64,000 nt of DNA from Candidatus Liptonbacteria bacterium (lineage in GTDB: Bacteria; Patescibacteriota; Minisyncoccia; UBA6257; 2-01-FULL-56-20), in NCBI GenBank assembly GCA_016204385.1, contig JACQKW010000015.1, positions 29,882-93,881 of the forward strand, written 5' to 3'. A program made the translations under genes and the position numbers. The first letter of the stretch is position 1. Every line of letters begins with the position of its first letter. Shown piece after piece: positions 9,106-17,354 of this stretch. The notes beneath the pieces were generated by a model. It was not told the origin of the DNA and searched no databases. It was given only the letters and a program-made list of their open reading frames with translations.

Positions 9106-9723
9106 CTACTTGCGGACGGCGGCAAAGCGGTAGTGCGAGAACCACTCGTTGTCGAACCAGTGCAGGCGCAGGTCACGCTTCGAACCGTACCTGACGAGGT
9201 ACGCCACAGTGCGGTAGCCGTGCGGATTCCGCCACACGGAACCAAGAGCGATGATCGGGAACTCGCGCTGCTTCTCGGGATACTCCGCGCCGAAGGCGAG
9301 TAGCTCGGGAAGGGTTGCGGGACGGAGACCACGCGCGTCGAGCTCGCAGAGCGCGTTGTCCGACGAAACCCTCCGGTTGAGATGGACAAGCTCGATCGCG
9401 ACTTCTGCCGTGCCTTTCTGTGTAGTCGGGAAGTTCTTGGAGGTGATGTCGGAATTCGTCCAGTTGTACTTCCCTGCCGCGACCATCTCCTCGACGGAGT
9501 GAGCGTAGTCGAGGGTGAGGCGGAACACGTTCTTCGCCCCTTCCATGATCGCGACAAGCGCATCCGCGATCTTCCCGACCGGAACATCACCGTCGTCGGT
9601 TACGAGCTGGTGAATCTGCTCGTCTGAAACCTTCCGCTCGCGGAGCGCACGGACAAGTTTGTCCGCGAACCCAGCGATCCAGCCCGCCCCTGAAACGATT
9701 GCCGTTACGTCCTTCCGTGCCAT
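9106..9723 (-). CDS. DGR target (variable) protein, probable C-terminal CLec-like ligand-binding region
   Basis: 205 aa; last 45 codons are the VR; GLRPATLPELLAF motif, ends YRFAAVRK; SD GGAGGA upstream. Confidence 0.92.
   Translation of the reverse strand: MARKDVTAIVSGAGWIAGFADKLVRALRERKVSDEQIHQLVTDDGDVPVGKIADALVAIMEGAKNVFRLTLDYAHSVEEMVAAGKYNWTNSDITSKNFPTTQKGTAEVAIELVHLNRRVSSDNALCELDARGLRPATLPELLAFGAEYPEKQREFPIIALGSVWRNPHGYRTVAYLVRYGSKRDLRLHWFDNEWFSHYRFAAVRK
9110..9244 (-). repeat. DGR variable repeat (VR)
   Basis: Ungapped match to TR at offset +500; 11 mismatches, all at TR adenines on the coding strand. Confidence 0.95.
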
Positions 9724-9874
9724 GACTTCCTCCTCTTCGGCTTGCCCCTCATTCCGACCTTATGCCGGAATCCCAGGCGTGCCAGTTTTGGTTACAGCCT
9801 TGAATCCGTGAGCGAGCGGACTCAAAGCTGTAACCAAGAAAACCGCAAGTTATCGATTTTTAAGGTACCCGGGC

Positions 9875-9904
9875 ATTGTAGCATATAAACTATATTCTTG
9901 TCAA
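9875..9904 (-). promoter_or_regulatory. Sigma70-type promoter of DGR target gene
   Basis: TTGACA-18 bp-TACAAT with extended -10 TG. Confidence 0.75.
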
Positions 9905-9964
9905 GTTCTGGTATGGGGGGTGAACTTTCTCCGGCTCCTCGCGGAGGAGTTTAATATCAATCAT
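9890..9964 (-). pseudogene. Truncated serS 5' stub (MIDIKLLREEPEKV...), containing the right direct repeat 9930-9965
   Basis: First 11 codons match serS, stop after 24 aa; has its own upstream TATGAT. Confidence 0.85.
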
Positions 9965-10094
9965 TAAAATTAATCATATACCAAACCTGTCTGCTCCTCG
10001 TAACCGCCCCCCCCCAACCTGCCCGCCATGCGGGCAGGTTTTCATTTTCTCTATAGCTTTCAAAAAATCCGCTACAATCCTATAATCTTAGAAC

Positions 10095-11876
10095 ATGGCA
10101 AAGAAGTCCTCCGCATCGAATCTCGAGCATATCCGCCATTCTTTGGCACATCTCCTCGCGGCGGCAGTCTTGAGGAAATTCCCCAAGGTAAAGCTTGGCA
10201 TCGGGCCCGTAATTGAAGACGGGTTTTATTATGATTTCCTCCTCCACGGCAATGAGAAATTTTCTCCCGATGATTTGCGAGAATTCGAGAAGGCGATCCG
10301 TGATTTCATTCGCGACGATTTGAATTTTATCGGCAAAAAAGTCTCGGCCGCCGAAGCGAAAAAGCTTTTCGCGGGACAGCCTTTTAAACTCGAACTTATC
10401 AAGGATTTTGTAAAAGAAAAGCAAAATCTCACCACCTACCGCACTGGAGACATATTTACTGACCTGTGCCGCGGCGGACATGTGAAGAATACGAAAGAAA
10501 TCAACCCCGACGCATTCAAACTCACGAAAATTGCGGGCGCCTACTGGAGGGGCGACGAAAAAAATTCCCAGCTCCAACGGATCTACGGCGTGGCGTTTGC
10601 GACCAAGAAAGAACTCGGAGAGTACCTCGCAATGCTTGAGGAAGCGCGAAAGCGGGACCATAAAGTCCTGGGTCCCGATCTCGATCTTTTCACATTTTCC
10701 GAACTTGTGGGCTCGGGACTCCCTTTGTGGACTCCGAAGGGCACGATTCTTCGGGACCTCCTCGATAATTTTGTCTGGGAACTCCGCGCACGCCGCGGCT
10801 ACGAGCGGGTGGATATCCCGCACATCACAAAAAAGGAACTCTACGTGCGGAGCGGCCATTGGGAGAAATTTAAGAACGAGCTTTTTAAAATCGTGACTCG
10901 CGAGGGGCACCTCCTCGCCATAAAACCGATGAACTGCCCCCACCACACGCAAATCTACGCGCGGCGAAAGTGGAGCTACCGTGAACTGCCCCAACGATAC
11001 GCCTCCACCACAAAAGTCTACCGCGACGAACAAACGGGCGAGCTTGCGGGCCTTGCACGCGTACGCTCGATCACGCAGGACGATGCGCATTCCTTCTGCC
11101 GCAAATCGCAGATTGCGGGCGAGATGTCGAGTATCTGGGACATTGTAGAGGAGTTTTATGCGGGCTGCGGATTCCCGAATCTTGAAGTGCGTCTTTCGTT
11201 CCATGACCCGAAGCAGCCGAAGAAATATCTTGGGTCGCCCGCAGTATGGAAAAAGGCGGAGGCGGAACTCGCGGCGCTCGCACAATCGCGATTAGGACCT
11301 GCGTTTGAGAGAAAAGTGAAGGTTGACATGGGCGAGGCGGCGTTCTACGGGCCGAAAATTGATTTCATTGCCAAAGATTCGCTCGGCAGGAATCTGCAGG
11401 TCGCCACGATCCAGCTTGATATGAATATGCCCGAGCGATTCCGTCTTGCGTGCGTGAATGAGAAAGGGAAAGACGAGGGGATTTTCATGATTCACGCGGC
11501 AATCATGGGTTCGATCGAGAGGTTCCTCGCCGCGTTCATCGAGCATACTGGGGGCAAGTTTCCTGTGTGGCTCTCTCCCGTGCAGGCGGAAATTATAAAC
11601 GTCGGCTCCGGCCAGAGGAAGTATGCGGAAAAAATATTTAAAGGTTTGAAAACGGCAAGTGTCCGCGCGCGGCTCTCCGACGAGAATCTGACCGTCGGCA
11701 AGCGCATCCGCGAAGCGGAACTCCAAAAGATTCCCTACGTCCTTGTAGTCGGAGAAAAGGAAGAAGCCGCAGGCACCGTGAATGTCCGGCATTACCGGCG
11801 AGGCCAGGAAGGAGAAATAAAATTCGAAGCGTTCATTCAAAAAGTGATGGACGAGATCACGCGAAAAACGGTCTAG
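10095..11876 (+). CDS. thrS: Threonyl-tRNA synthetase
   Basis: RHSLAHLL, DLCRGGH, KPMNCPHH, AFYGPKID. Confidence 0.98.
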   Translation: MAKKSSASNLEHIRHSLAHLLAAAVLRKFPKVKLGIGPVIEDGFYYDFLLHGNEKFSPDDLREFEKAIRDFIRDDLNFIGKKVSAAEAKKLFAGQPFKLELIKDFVKEKQNLTTYRTGDIFTDLCRGGHVKNTKEINPDAFKLTKIAGAYWRGDEKNSQLQRIYGVAFATKKELGEYLAMLEEARKRDHKVLGPDLDLFTFSELVGSGLPLWTPKGTILRDLLDNFVWELRARRGYERVDIPHITKKELYVRSGHWEKFKNELFKIVTREGHLLAIKPMNCPHHTQIYARRKWSYRELPQRYASTTKVYRDEQTGELAGLARVRSITQDDAHSFCRKSQIAGEMSSIWDIVEEFYAGCGFPNLEVRLSFHDPKQPKKYLGSPAVWKKAEAELAALAQSRLGPAFERKVKVDMGEAAFYGPKIDFIAKDSLGRNLQVATIQLDMNMPERFRLACVNEKGKDEGIFMIHAAIMGSIERFLAAFIEHTGGKFPVWLSPVQAEIINVGSGQRKYAEKIFKGLKTASVRARLSDENLTVGKRIREAELQKIPYVLVVGEKEEAAGTVNVRHYRRGQEGEIKFEAFIQKVMDEITRKTV

Positions 11877-11949
11877 AAAAGACGAAGGGCTCCTATGATG
11901 ACAAGGAGCCCTTGATGGTGGCGGGAAACTGCGAGGAAGGTGAAAAATC

Positions 11950-12318
11950 CTAGAAGACGATGAGTTGGCCGCTCTCGACCGCGAGGCGCCGGGTACTCCG
12001 GCGCACGGTCACCCCCTTGGGGTGCGTTGCGACCACGAGCCGGGCCTTCTTGCCCCGCTCTGAGAAGCCGACGATCTTGGCCTCCACGCGGGGGTGCTTC
12101 CGGCTCGAGTAGGGCACTCTTTGCCCCACCCTGAAGCCGAAACGCTTGGTCTCCGATGGCGCCATTGGGATGCCGCCGCCCTCCACAGAGAGCGACACCG
12201 TGGCGTACCGCCGCGCCCGTTGACGGTAGCCGTCCGCGATGAGGACGGTCCCGGTCACGGCGAAAAGCACCATGAGAACATACTCCCAGACCCGAAACAT
12301 CTCAAACAAATTCGGCAT
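11950..12318 (-). CDS. Hypothetical protein with N-terminal TM and basic C-terminus
   Basis: ORF with its own TTGACA/TATACT promoter near 12358-12385, G-rich SD, and hairpin at 11886-11913. Confidence 0.55.
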   Translation of the reverse strand: MPNLFEMFRVWEYVLMVLFAVTGTVLIADGYRQRARRYATVSLSVEGGGIPMAPSETKRFGFRVGQRVPYSSRKHPRVEAKIVGFSERGKKARLVVATHPKGVTVRRSTRRLAVESGQLIVF

Positions 12319-12378
12319 ATTACCCCCTCTCAAAAAGTTGAATTAGAACTAAAGTTAGTATAACATAGTGATATACAT

Positions 12379-13377
12379 ATGTCAAGTCCCCCTAAAAAAC
12401 CGCCCTTCAATGTAATTCAGGGCAGGAAAATACTCGTCATTTTAGGCCCGACCGCGAGCGGAAAATCCGCCCTTGCCGTGAAACTCGCCCTTCGACTAAG
12501 CACGGTGCAGGCGAAGAAAAAATATGGAATACGCGGCGCTGAAATCATCTCGGCCGATTCCCGGCAGGTCTACAAAGGACTTGATATCGGAAGCGGAAAG
12601 ATCACGAAAAAAGAAATGGGGGGTATCCCCCATCACCTCTTGGATGTCGCATCACCGAAACGAACGTTTACGGTCGTGGAATACCAGAAATTGGGAGCAC
12701 GGGCAATCGAAAAAATACTCCAAAAAAAGAAAATCCCCATCATCGTCGGCGGCACCGGATTTTATATTGACGCGCTCATCTACGGATGGAAACTCCCGCA
12801 AATAAAACCGGATTCCCGGATTCGAAGGGCGCTCGCGGCAAAGTCCGCTCACGAACTATACCGGACACTCGCGCAGATCGACCCGCGCCGCGCGGCAACC
12901 ATCGACCGCTATAATAAACGCCGGCTCGTGCGCGCCTTGGAAATTATCGTCCACACCGGCAAGCCGGTGCCGCGCCTAAGAAAAGGCGGCCCTCCTTATT
13001 CCAATGTTCTTAAGAACATTGGAATAAGGAATTCTCGCATCTTAAAAATAGGAATCCGTATCCCCGCCGAGGAGTTAACGCGGCGGATAAAAAAGCGATT
13101 ACTCGCCCGTATCCGGCAAGGGCTGGTTCGCGAGGTGAAAAACCTTCGCGCACGAGGCGTAAGCTGGAGGCGCCTCGAAGGCCTCGGATTGGAATACCGT
13201 TACGTGGGCCGCTACCTCCGAGGGCTCATCACAAAAGAGGCGATGCTGCAAACGCTCGAGAAGGAAATCCGAAACTACGCGAAGCGGCAAATGACGTGGT
13301 TTAAAAAAGACAACCAAGTGATCTGGCTCGAGAGACCGCGCGATGCCTTGAAAATCGCAGAAGAGTTTCTCAAGTAA
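12379..13377 (+). CDS. miaA: tRNA dimethylallyltransferase
   Basis: GPTASGKS, ISADSRQVY, VGGTGFY, YAKRQMTWF. Confidence 0.97.
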   Translation: MSSPPKKPPFNVIQGRKILVILGPTASGKSALAVKLALRLSTVQAKKKYGIRGAEIISADSRQVYKGLDIGSGKITKKEMGGIPHHLLDVASPKRTFTVVEYQKLGARAIEKILQKKKIPIIVGGTGFYIDALIYGWKLPQIKPDSRIRRALAAKSAHELYRTLAQIDPRRAATIDRYNKRRLVRALEIIVHTGKPVPRLRKGGPPYSNVLKNIGIRNSRILKIGIRIPAEELTRRIKKRLLARIRQGLVREVKNLRARGVSWRRLEGLGLEYRYVGRYLRGLITKEAMLQTLEKEIRNYAKRQMTWFKKDNQVIWLERPRDALKIAEEFLK

Positions 13378-13379
13378 CC

Positions 13380-16166
13380 CTACCCGATTTTGAGCTGTTC
13401 AAAGACTTCGCCGATTGTTTTTCGAAAGACCGCCTCCTTCGGAATGCGAATAAAAATTGCGTGCAGCGGTTTCCCGATCGCCTTCGCAGATGCGCGATCC
13501 ATGTCCGGCAATCTCTCGAGTGCATGGATAAACTGCCTTCTGCTCCCCGCGGCAGTATCCGCCGAAAAATTCATGATTTTCTCCTGAAGCGCCGGGTGCT
13601 CGCGAAACATAACGCTAGATTTCTCTTGTAGTTCCCCTATAAGCGAGAGGATTTTTCGCCCGGTACTTCCCGTTATTTCAACTGCCTCGACTGGCGCCGC
13701 AATTTCCACCCCTGCTTTCGGAACCCCTCCATACCACGCCTTCCAGTCCTCGGGCGGATTCTCCGGGAGATTCAGCCGCCAATCGGCGCGGGAAATATCT
13801 TCCACAACGCCTCCTCGATAATGTTGCAAGAGCTCTTCGACGTTTCCCGGCGGTTCGGCGGGGAGGTTCATGCGCCAGTCCGCGGGAGTTTCGGGGACGT
13901 GCGAAACCGGTGCACCCTCACCGACTGCGCCCGGAATGCTTTCTCCCACCGGGGCCTCCGGCGGAGCTCCGGAGAGAATCTCGTGTACTCGTTCCGAGGT
14001 GAGCGCCTCTCCGGGGTGTTCGCCCGCCCAATGTGCAAGCTTCTCATTGTTTTCAACGATCGCATGCATCGTGCTCTCGCTCAAGTTGCCCGCATTCTTG
14101 AAAACCTCCTGCACGCTGTCCGCGTCGCTAAAAATTGGGCCAAAATCAATGGTCTCCCCGGGCACGATCCGATCCACATTCTCGAGCCCGAACGCACCCG
14201 GATCCGCGGCAACTTTGTCTTTGATGGCGTCGATAATATACGTCTTCTGCGCTTCGTTCAAATTCGCAAAATCTGATCCATAGTGTTTTTCGAGAAGCCG
14301 CGATGCAATTTTCCATATCGAATCGCCGCGCTCGGCTGTTTCCGCATAGGATATTGTTTCTCCCGCCGCCGCTTCTCCCACAACTTGCGCGGCACCCTCG
14401 GCGTGTACAACGCCTCCGGCTTGCGCCGCTTCGCCCGCACCAATTCCTTCCTCCGCGCGGAGGCCATGGAGCCACTCGTCCACGTCCACCGGCCGCTCCG
14501 TGGGGAGATTGAGCCGCCAGTCCATATTGCTCGCGGGAACCTCGCCGCCGCCCTCGTAGTGCTTAAGAATTTCCTCCGCATTCTCCGGGGGCTCCGCAGG
14601 GAGGTTCAGACGCCAGTCCTCCGGCGTAAAGGTTGCCTCCCCGGGCACTGCCTCTACGCCAAGAGCGCCCCCGTGGCCCTCGAACCACCGCGCAACGTCC
14701 TCGGGCTGATCCTTCGGAAGATTCAACCGCCAATCCGCATGCGTAAATGAGCCGTCCTCTCCCATTGCCCCATAGTGGCGGACTAATTCATCAGCATTCT
14801 CTGGCGGGCTCTCGGGCAGATTCAGCCGCCAATCGGCTTCGGTTACTCCTCCTTCGGGGGGGCCATAGACCCTTCCCAGGTCCGAAAGTTCTTCTTGAGG
14901 AACAGGGACTGGCTCCACTTCGGACGCCCCCTCGGCTGTTGCGACAGGTTCCGGCGCGGATTCTGAAGGAATTGTCTCAGTGGGCGCCGCACCTTCTTCT
15001 CCTCCTGTGCCAAACGCTTTACTGCCGATTAACACACCGACCGTGAGACCGGCTGCGGCCGCGAACATTTTCCTACTCCCACTTTTCACTCGCTCTCTGG
15101 CGTTTTCGTTGTCAATTGACCGATCGATATATTGGCTTTCATCCTTCAAGTATAAGGATAGAGCATCTGCTCTTTCATCATTCGTTCTATGCCACTCCGT
15201 ACCGAGCGCAAACCTCTGCGCCGCGAATTCATACTCGCGAGCCTGGAGTGCCTGAATGACATCGCTTCCGCGCGCGCCGGATGTTCCCGCGTGTGCAAGT
15301 TTCACGCCTTTTATTTCTCTCAAGAGCCGGAGCCGCGCCATTTCTTGCCGCAGGACATCCTCGGGAAGTTTCCCTATCGCTTCTTGGATTTTTCCCGCCC
15401 GTTCTTCTTTCCGCACCCCTTTGAGCGTGCTGGAGACAGTATCAACAAGCCCTTTTTGTCCAATCGTCTTGCTCCACCGCTCAAGCGCCGCCTCGGCGCC
15501 CATAAACGTGCCGAGTCCGGACCACGCGCTCCGCGCCGCGATGAAACCGACACCACCGGTCAGGATTCCCGCGCCCGCAAGCCCTGCACCAACTGCGATC
15601 CGAACCCCCGTATGCCTCCGCCACCAATTCTTGAATTTTTCCCCGGTGCCTCGTTCGCGCTCGGTTGCAAACCGATCCATAACTTCATCCTCATGCGCAA
15701 GCACACGGCACAAGATCTCGGGGAGTTCTGCGCGTATTGACTCATCGGAGATTCCTCTCTTTCGCGCATGTTCAATGCTTTCCTCCAAATCTCGTTCCCT
15801 TTCTTTCGCAAGAAGTTCCTCGTATTGCATCCGGAAATCACGAAGCGCCGTTCCTCCCTCCTCTCCGCCCATGTCATGCACCCTGCCCGACGAATCCTCG
15901 ATGGTTCTTCCCAAGACGCGCCCCAGTTTCCCGCGAACGACATTCCGCCGAAGCCCTCGGGCCTCCACATACCTCCTCCGCGCATTGTCAAGTTCGCGCG
16001 AGAGGACCTCTTCCTCCGTTCTCGGCGCTTCCCGCGTATCACCTTCTGGTATTCCTTCGGGAGTTGGGGGGCTCTCCCGCCGCTCCCCGGCACTATCCTC
16101 TCGCTCCGGCGGACCGCCTTCCGGACCTCTCGCGGGATCAACTGGCGGTGTCTCTGGTCCAGCCAT
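13380..16166 (-). CDS. Large membrane-anchored acidic protein with six DWRLNLP repeats and a LysM-like segment
   Basis: 928 aa; Gly/Ala-rich hydrophobic segments; repeats visible in translation; AERGDSIWKIA. Confidence 0.8.
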   Translation of the reverse strand: MAGPETPPVDPARGPEGGPPEREDSAGERRESPPTPEGIPEGDTREAPRTEEEVLSRELDNARRRYVEARGLRRNVVRGKLGRVLGRTIEDSSGRVHDMGGEEGGTALRDFRMQYEELLAKERERDLEESIEHARKRGISDESIRAELPEILCRVLAHEDEVMDRFATERERGTGEKFKNWWRRHTGVRIAVGAGLAGAGILTGGVGFIAARSAWSGLGTFMGAEAALERWSKTIGQKGLVDTVSSTLKGVRKEERAGKIQEAIGKLPEDVLRQEMARLRLLREIKGVKLAHAGTSGARGSDVIQALQAREYEFAAQRFALGTEWHRTNDERADALSLYLKDESQYIDRSIDNENARERVKSGSRKMFAAAAGLTVGVLIGSKAFGTGGEEGAAPTETIPSESAPEPVATAEGASEVEPVPVPQEELSDLGRVYGPPEGGVTEADWRLNLPESPPENADELVRHYGAMGEDGSFTHADWRLNLPKDQPEDVARWFEGHGGALGVEAVPGEATFTPEDWRLNLPAEPPENAEEILKHYEGGGEVPASNMDWRLNLPTERPVDVDEWLHGLRAEEGIGAGEAAQAGGVVHAEGAAQVVGEAAAGETISYAETAERGDSIWKIASRLLEKHYGSDFANLNEAQKTYIIDAIKDKVAADPGAFGLENVDRIVPGETIDFGPIFSDADSVQEVFKNAGNLSESTMHAIVENNEKLAHWAGEHPGEALTSERVHEILSGAPPEAPVGESIPGAVGEGAPVSHVPETPADWRMNLPAEPPGNVEELLQHYRGGVVEDISRADWRLNLPENPPEDWKAWYGGVPKAGVEIAAPVEAVEITGSTGRKILSLIGELQEKSSVMFREHPALQEKIMNFSADTAAGSRRQFIHALERLPDMDRASAKAIGKPLHAIFIRIPKEAVFRKTIGEVFEQLKIG

Positions 16167-16173
16167 AAATTTC

Positions 16174-16488
16174 TTACTGCGTGCCGAGTTTCTGCTCTGC
16201 GGCGCGATTCAAATCGAACATCTCCTGCTTGAAATTCGCCACCACGTCCGCGGTGATCGCGTCAAAGTTTGCGATCCTAGTGCGCAAGAAACTGGCGACA
16301 TCGCCGCCGGAGACGAGTACCGCGTCAAATTGTTTCTGCTCTTCGTCCGAAAGAAGGGAGAGGATTCTCGCCGTGAGCCGTTTTTCGACCACTTCCATCA
16401 TCTCGTCGAGCACTTTTTGCTGTCTTTCCTTTGGAAGCGAATCAAGCCCGAGTTCCTTAAGTAAATTTACATTTAGTATGTGTGCCAT
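16174..16488 (-). CDS. Small acidic helical protein (DUF5663-like, common in CPR)
   Basis: LLKELGLDSLPKERQQKVL...LSDEEQKQFD pattern; directly upstream of the 928-aa gene. Confidence 0.65.
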   Translation of the reverse strand: MAHILNVNLLKELGLDSLPKERQQKVLDEMMEVVEKRLTARILSLLSDEEQKQFDAVLVSGGDVASFLRTRIANFDAITADVVANFKQEMFDLNRAAEQKLGTQ

Positions 16489-16768
16489 GTATGGTATCTA
16501 CTATTTTTGGCATGACCTTTCTTGGAATATACCGCGCCACCCCACAAAACACAAGGTGCATAAGGCATGCGCGTGGCCGCGGTGTGCCCCGTTCCAAAAT
16601 GAACTACCGCACCGCAGTTCGACTACGCTCACTGCAAGCCAAACGGTGCGGTATCTATAACAACATATCCTTCGACAAGCTCAGGATATTTTTCACTTTG
16701 CCGTTCATCCCGCCCCGACCGCGGTCGGGGCGGGTATTCTGGTCGTGAAAAATAAAAAACGCCGCCGA

Positions 16769-17044
16769 TTACTCGGCGGCGGACGCACCACGCGTGGTGC
16801 GTATGGGGTCACTCGCTCGCATCGGCGGAAGACCCCTTCTCCTGCGAATGGCGCTTCGCACCGCGGGCTCGGCCACGGGCGGAATCGTGACCTCGTACTG
16901 CTCACAGCTCCGGTCGCAGTCAGACACATCCCATATCTTGCCTGCGATGCGCAGGTGAACCACCCGCTCACAGCAGACATGCTGAATCTCAACCCTCTTC
17001 TTGCCCTGCATCAAAACTTCGGTCTTAAACAAGATGCCCTTCAC
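16769..17044 (-). CDS. Hypothetical protein
   Basis: GTG start with AGGAGG SD overlapping the upstream stop. Confidence 0.45.
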   Translation of the reverse strand: MKGILFKTEVLMQGKKRVEIQHVCCERVVHLRIAGKIWDVSDCDRSCEQYEVTIPPVAEPAVRSAIRRRRGLPPMRASDPIRTTRGASAAE

Positions 17045-17295
17045 TCTGCACCTCCTGACTTTGATGTGAACGGCCACACGCCGAACCGGCGCGCGAGCTG
17101 AAGACTTCCGTACACGAGAAAAAACGCTCCGACCAACCCCACGACACTCAAAGGCCACATCGCCTTCGAGAAAAAACCGGCGCGGCAGGCCCTCACGAAT
17201 GCCACAACGGTCACCGCGCCCGTGAGCGTCATGGCAATTTCAATCGCAAGCGCCACAAACCACGTATCTCTCTGATACCGCTCAAGCTCACTCAT
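17041..17295 (-). CDS. Small two-TM membrane protein
   Basis: Two hydrophobic segments; G-rich SD before MSELER. Confidence 0.5.
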   Translation of the reverse strand: MSELERYQRDTWFVALAIEIAMTLTGAVTVVAFVRACRAGFFSKAMWPLSVVGLVGAFFLVYGSLQLARRFGVWPFTSKSGGAE

Positions 17296-17354
17296 CGTCC
17301 CCTCGCCCCCGCGGAAAAATATCAAGTTCCTACTCCCACTATGGCGTCCCGCGC

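Larger units (their letters stand above)
7126..9965 (-). mobile_element. Diversity-generating retroelement cassette (target gene, TR, antisense avd, RT) bounded by 36-bp direct repeats
   Basis: RT + Avd + TR/VR pair with adenine-only differences; flanks 7126-7161 and 9930-9965 are 35/36 identical. Confidence 0.93.
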
